From Hydrolagus colliei (Eukaryota): a stretch of DNA of 64,000 nucleotides. Below are positions 60,660-64,000 of this stretch, piece after piece. Under the pieces are notes generated by a model. That model had not been told where the DNA came from and did no database searches. It saw nothing but the letters and a program-made list of their open reading frames with translations. The DNA is taken from assembly GCA_035084275.1 (NCBI GenBank), contig CM068778.1, forward strand, positions 1,054,001 to 1,118,000, given 5' to 3'. How positions within the stretch are numbered: position 1 is the stretch's first letter; each line of letters opens with the position of its first letter. The position numbers and the translations under genes were made by a program.

Positions 60660-62020
60660 TCAGAAATACCCTGAAATTCCCTTCCCACTGTACATACTCC
60701 CAGGTTAGGGTTAGATACACAGTAAAATCTCCCTCTACACTGTGCATTCTTCCGTCCACACTCCCAGGTCAGGGTTGGAAACACTATAAAGTTCCCATTA
60801 CACTGTTCGTCCCTCCATCCACATTCCCAATTCAGGGATAGAGTCACAGTAAAGTTCGCTTTGCACCTGTGCGTCTGTCCATCCACAATCCCAGGTCAGG
60901 ATTAGAGACACAGCTCCTTCTACATTGTGTGTCCATGCATCCAAACTCCCACTTTAGGGTTAGCGTCACACTGAAGCTCCCATTACACTGTGCATCCATC
61001 CATACACACTCCCAGGTCAGTGCTAGAGACACAACAAAGCTTCTATACTAAAAGTACATCTGCCACACTCCCAATTCAGGGTTGGAGACACAGTAAAGCG
61101 CCCTCTGCACTGTGTATCCATCCACCATCCCATTTTCATGGTAGGTACACAGTAAAACTCCCTCTACACTGTGCATCCATCCATCCAATCTACCAGGTCA
61201 GGGTTACCGTCCCCATAAAGCTCTCTCTATATAAGGTGCATCCATCCATCCATACTCACAGTCCAGGGTTAGAGACACAGTAAAACTGCCATTACACTGT
61301 ATTCGTCTGTCCATACTCCAAATTCAGGGTTCGAGACACAATAAAGCTCGCTCTACACTCTGTTGGAATGTAGCCGTTTTGTGTGTGACTCTGTAACAAC
61401 AGGCTTGTGCTTTAGACTAGTTTAGACCAGATCAGAAGCTTGTGGCCAGATAACTTTAATTGGCTGTAGGCTGAGATAACATAGTGGAGAAATACTAGCA
61501 CGAGATAGAAGTTACGTGCGGTCCACGCTGATTGGACAAGGCAATTATATCATGCACTGTGCTGTCTTAACTGATTGGGTCCTGTAGGACAAAGAAAGCG
61601 AACCGAGTATATAAGTTGGCTGTTTCGTTTGTAAACTCTCTCTCTGGTCGACCTACCAAGCATTGTGCCTGTACTATAACTGGGATGTAGTACTGAATAA
61701 ACATCATAAAACTCCATGGTGACTGAAGAGCGTTTCATTGAGAAAACACCACGAACACCCATTTCTTCCGAATCTAACACACTCCCAGTTCAGGGTTACA
61801 GATACAGTGCAGGTCATTCTACACTGTGTGTCTATGCATCCACAATCCCAGGCAAGGATGAGAGACACAGTAACATTCCTTCTGCACTGTGAATGTGTCT
61901 GTCCACACTCCCATTTCAGGGTTAGAGACACAGTAATGCTCCCTCTACACTGTGCATCTGTCCATACTCCTAGGCCAGGGTTAGAGACACAAACAAGCTC
62001 CCACTACACTGTATATCTGT
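60660..62020. repeat. Minisatellite with a unit of about 59 bp, interrupted by a solo LTR
   Basis: Tandem units like ctacactgtgcatccatccacactcccaggtcagggttagagacacagtaaaactccct. Confidence 0.9.
61361..61779 (+). mobile_element. Solo LTR (419 bp)
   Basis: TGTTGG...CTAACA termini; 5-bp TSD CACTC (61356-61360, 61780-61784); three ATTGG, TATATAA at 61608, AATAAA at 61696. Confidence 0.85.
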
Positions 62021-62334
62021 GTACACTAGATCAGGACAGCAAAAGAAAAGCAGAGGAGACAAGCCTTACTTATGTTCGATCATCCAAAACCCACCAGATT
62101 CTTTGTCTTTGTGTGTATCCGATATAAAGGGCACTGTATAAATGCAATTTTGTTGTTATTGTTGTATCTGGGAGCTTAGCACTGAGTGAATTCCCAATAA
62201 GGGTAGTTAGAGGAAATCAGATACTTTCCGTTGGGCTCAGACTTTCCTCAATGCTGTAGAGTATCGGAGATCGAGGGAAGAGAGTTTCTATCCATCCGTT
62301 TCCTGGCCGATAATTATCCAGATCAAAATATTTA

Positions 62335-62885
62335 ATAGGAACATAGGAATTAGGAGCAGAAGTAGGCCATTCGGCCCCTCAAACCTGCCCCGCCCTTCAA
62401 TAGATCATGGCTGATCTTTGAACGTAAGTCCATCTGCCCACCCTATACCCATATCCCTTAATCCCTCAATCCATAATAAATCTATCAATCTCAGTCTTGA
62501 ATATGATCAAGGACTGAATATTTACAGTCCTTGAATTCCATAAACTGAGTTGAGGAAGTGGTTAATCTTAAGAATGTGACCCCTTCATTATAGATTCTTG
62601 TAGCAAGGGAAACAGTTACTTTCAACAACAACAACTTAAACTTATAAAGCGCCTTTCACATCGGGAGGACGTCCCAAAGCGCTGTCTACCCTGTCATGCC
62701 CCTTAAGAATCTTAACGGTTTCTATAATATCATCTCTAATCCTTCTATATTCTACAGAATATAGCCTAGTTTACTCAACCTATCCTCCTAGGTTAACCCC
62801 CTCATCGCAGTAACCAACCTAGTGAAACTATGCTGTACCACCTCTAAGGCGAGTATGTCCTTTCTTAAATAAGGAGACCAAAACT
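62335..62885 (-). mobile_element. CR1 3' fragment with a nested SINE/L2 tail
   Basis: aacataggaattaggagcagaagtaggccattcggccc motif; an (aac)n tail is inserted at about 62620. Confidence 0.7.
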
Positions 62886-64000
62886 GCACACAGACGGGAT
62901 GGGGGGGAGACGAAAGGGATGTGATAATATACAGATAGACAGACAGGCAGGCAGGCAGGCAGAGATGGGGGGGATGTGAGAGAGAAGGCTAATGGCATGT
63001 CTCTCCCCCACAGACAGACAGAGACACAGACAGAAAAACACAGAGATGGAGAGAGTGAGTGCGAGAGACACACAGAGAGAGATATATTTACCTCATCAGG
63101 AGATAGGCCCTGAATGTGCGCGCACCTCCGAATGCGCACGCACCTCACGATGTGCGTGCATGCGCAGTACGAAAACCCCGAAAATGTCAATATATCGGTA
63201 TATTTCGATATGGGCCCATCGATATATCTAAATCAGAAAATTTCCATATCGACGGACCCTAATTCTAACCCTAGTTTAATTCATGCCAACATGCCATTAG
63301 CCTTGTTTGGTGCTTGCTGTACCTGCATACTAAGTATTTGTTACTGGTGTACAAGGACAACCTAATCCCTCTGAACACGAACACTACCTCATCTCTCTCC
63401 CTCGTGTTTCACGTTGCCTATCTTTCCATTGTGCCAAATACCCCAAAGTATTTAGCTCCCACACTTGATCTCCCTGTAACCACGGATCAGTAACAACAAC
63501 AAAATTACATTGATACCGCGCCTGTTATGTCGGGAGGATATCCCAAGTAATGGCAAATAGATCATACCCATTTGTTTCTATTTGTGCCAAGTATCAGTCT
63601 ATCATATTACGAACGCTTTGTTCATTCAGATACAGCACTTTCAACTTTGGCTTCTACTATTTGCCCTACTCACTGATGCCCTATTTTCTTTTGATGAGCT
63701 TTGTGTCCCTCCTTTATACACTATTTATCTAGCTCGCTAATTTGCTCTACCACAATCATCGTTTGCAGTTTTTCCCTGACAGGGAATCAAACTCGGGTCT
63801 CCCTCTTGGGGTGGGAGACAGATCTGCATCATGAGACTGTCAAGGAAACATTTACACCTGATAAGAATGGTCTGTAATATATTCTCCTTTCTTATCTTAA
63901 AGCGCTTGACTGTGCACGAAGGGATTATCATTATCACATCCGCAAATGCAGCCCAGAAATCCCAGTAACATATACAGACAGGGACAAACATGGATGCACA

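Noticed and set aside
60660-62020. CRISPR-like array
   Set aside because: Degenerate tandem units without unique spacers, no cas genes, vertebrate context.
63772-63800. Additional tRNA-Glu/Asp gene on the minus strand
   Set aside because: Only the T arm and acceptor end resemble a tRNA; more likely a SINE remnant.

Overview
Cartilaginous-fish genomic DNA, probably a chimaera. This is inferred from cluster-type IgH genes, a GPR139-like GPCR, and L2/CR1/DeuSINE repeats. The centre (17.5-41.6 kb) is a GC/CpG-rich cassette with three IgM-type heavy-chain units. Unit B (minus, 24.3-33.5 kb): leader, germline-joined V-D with a 12-RSS, J, CH1-CH4/secretory tail, TM1 and TM2. All of its exons are open except CH2, which is split by an L2 insertion. 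Unit A (minus, 17.9-23.4 kb): a V-less, probably D-J-joined J-CH1-CH4 pseudogene directly downstream of B. Unit C (plus, 35.2-39.1 kb): head-to-head with B, with V FR1 fused into CH3. The cassette is flanked by duplicated blocks of tRNA genes, many degenerate (Ser, Ile x3, Glu x2, Val x3, Asn, His, and Pro half-genes). Two intact host genes lie outside it: a two-exon GPR139-like GPCR (about 346 aa) and a two-coding-exon protein of about 1270 aa that joins a stonustoxin/verrucotoxin-type pore-forming N-terminus to 2 FN3 domains, a P-loop GTPase and a Cys-rich coiled-coil tail. Also present: CR1 and L2 LINE fragments, SINEs, an hAT-type MITE with an 8-bp TSD, a solo LTR with a 5-bp TSD, a minisatellite and a degenerate hammerhead motif. 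Five N-gaps limit conclusions about long-range order. All identifications come from reading the sequence; no database search was run.
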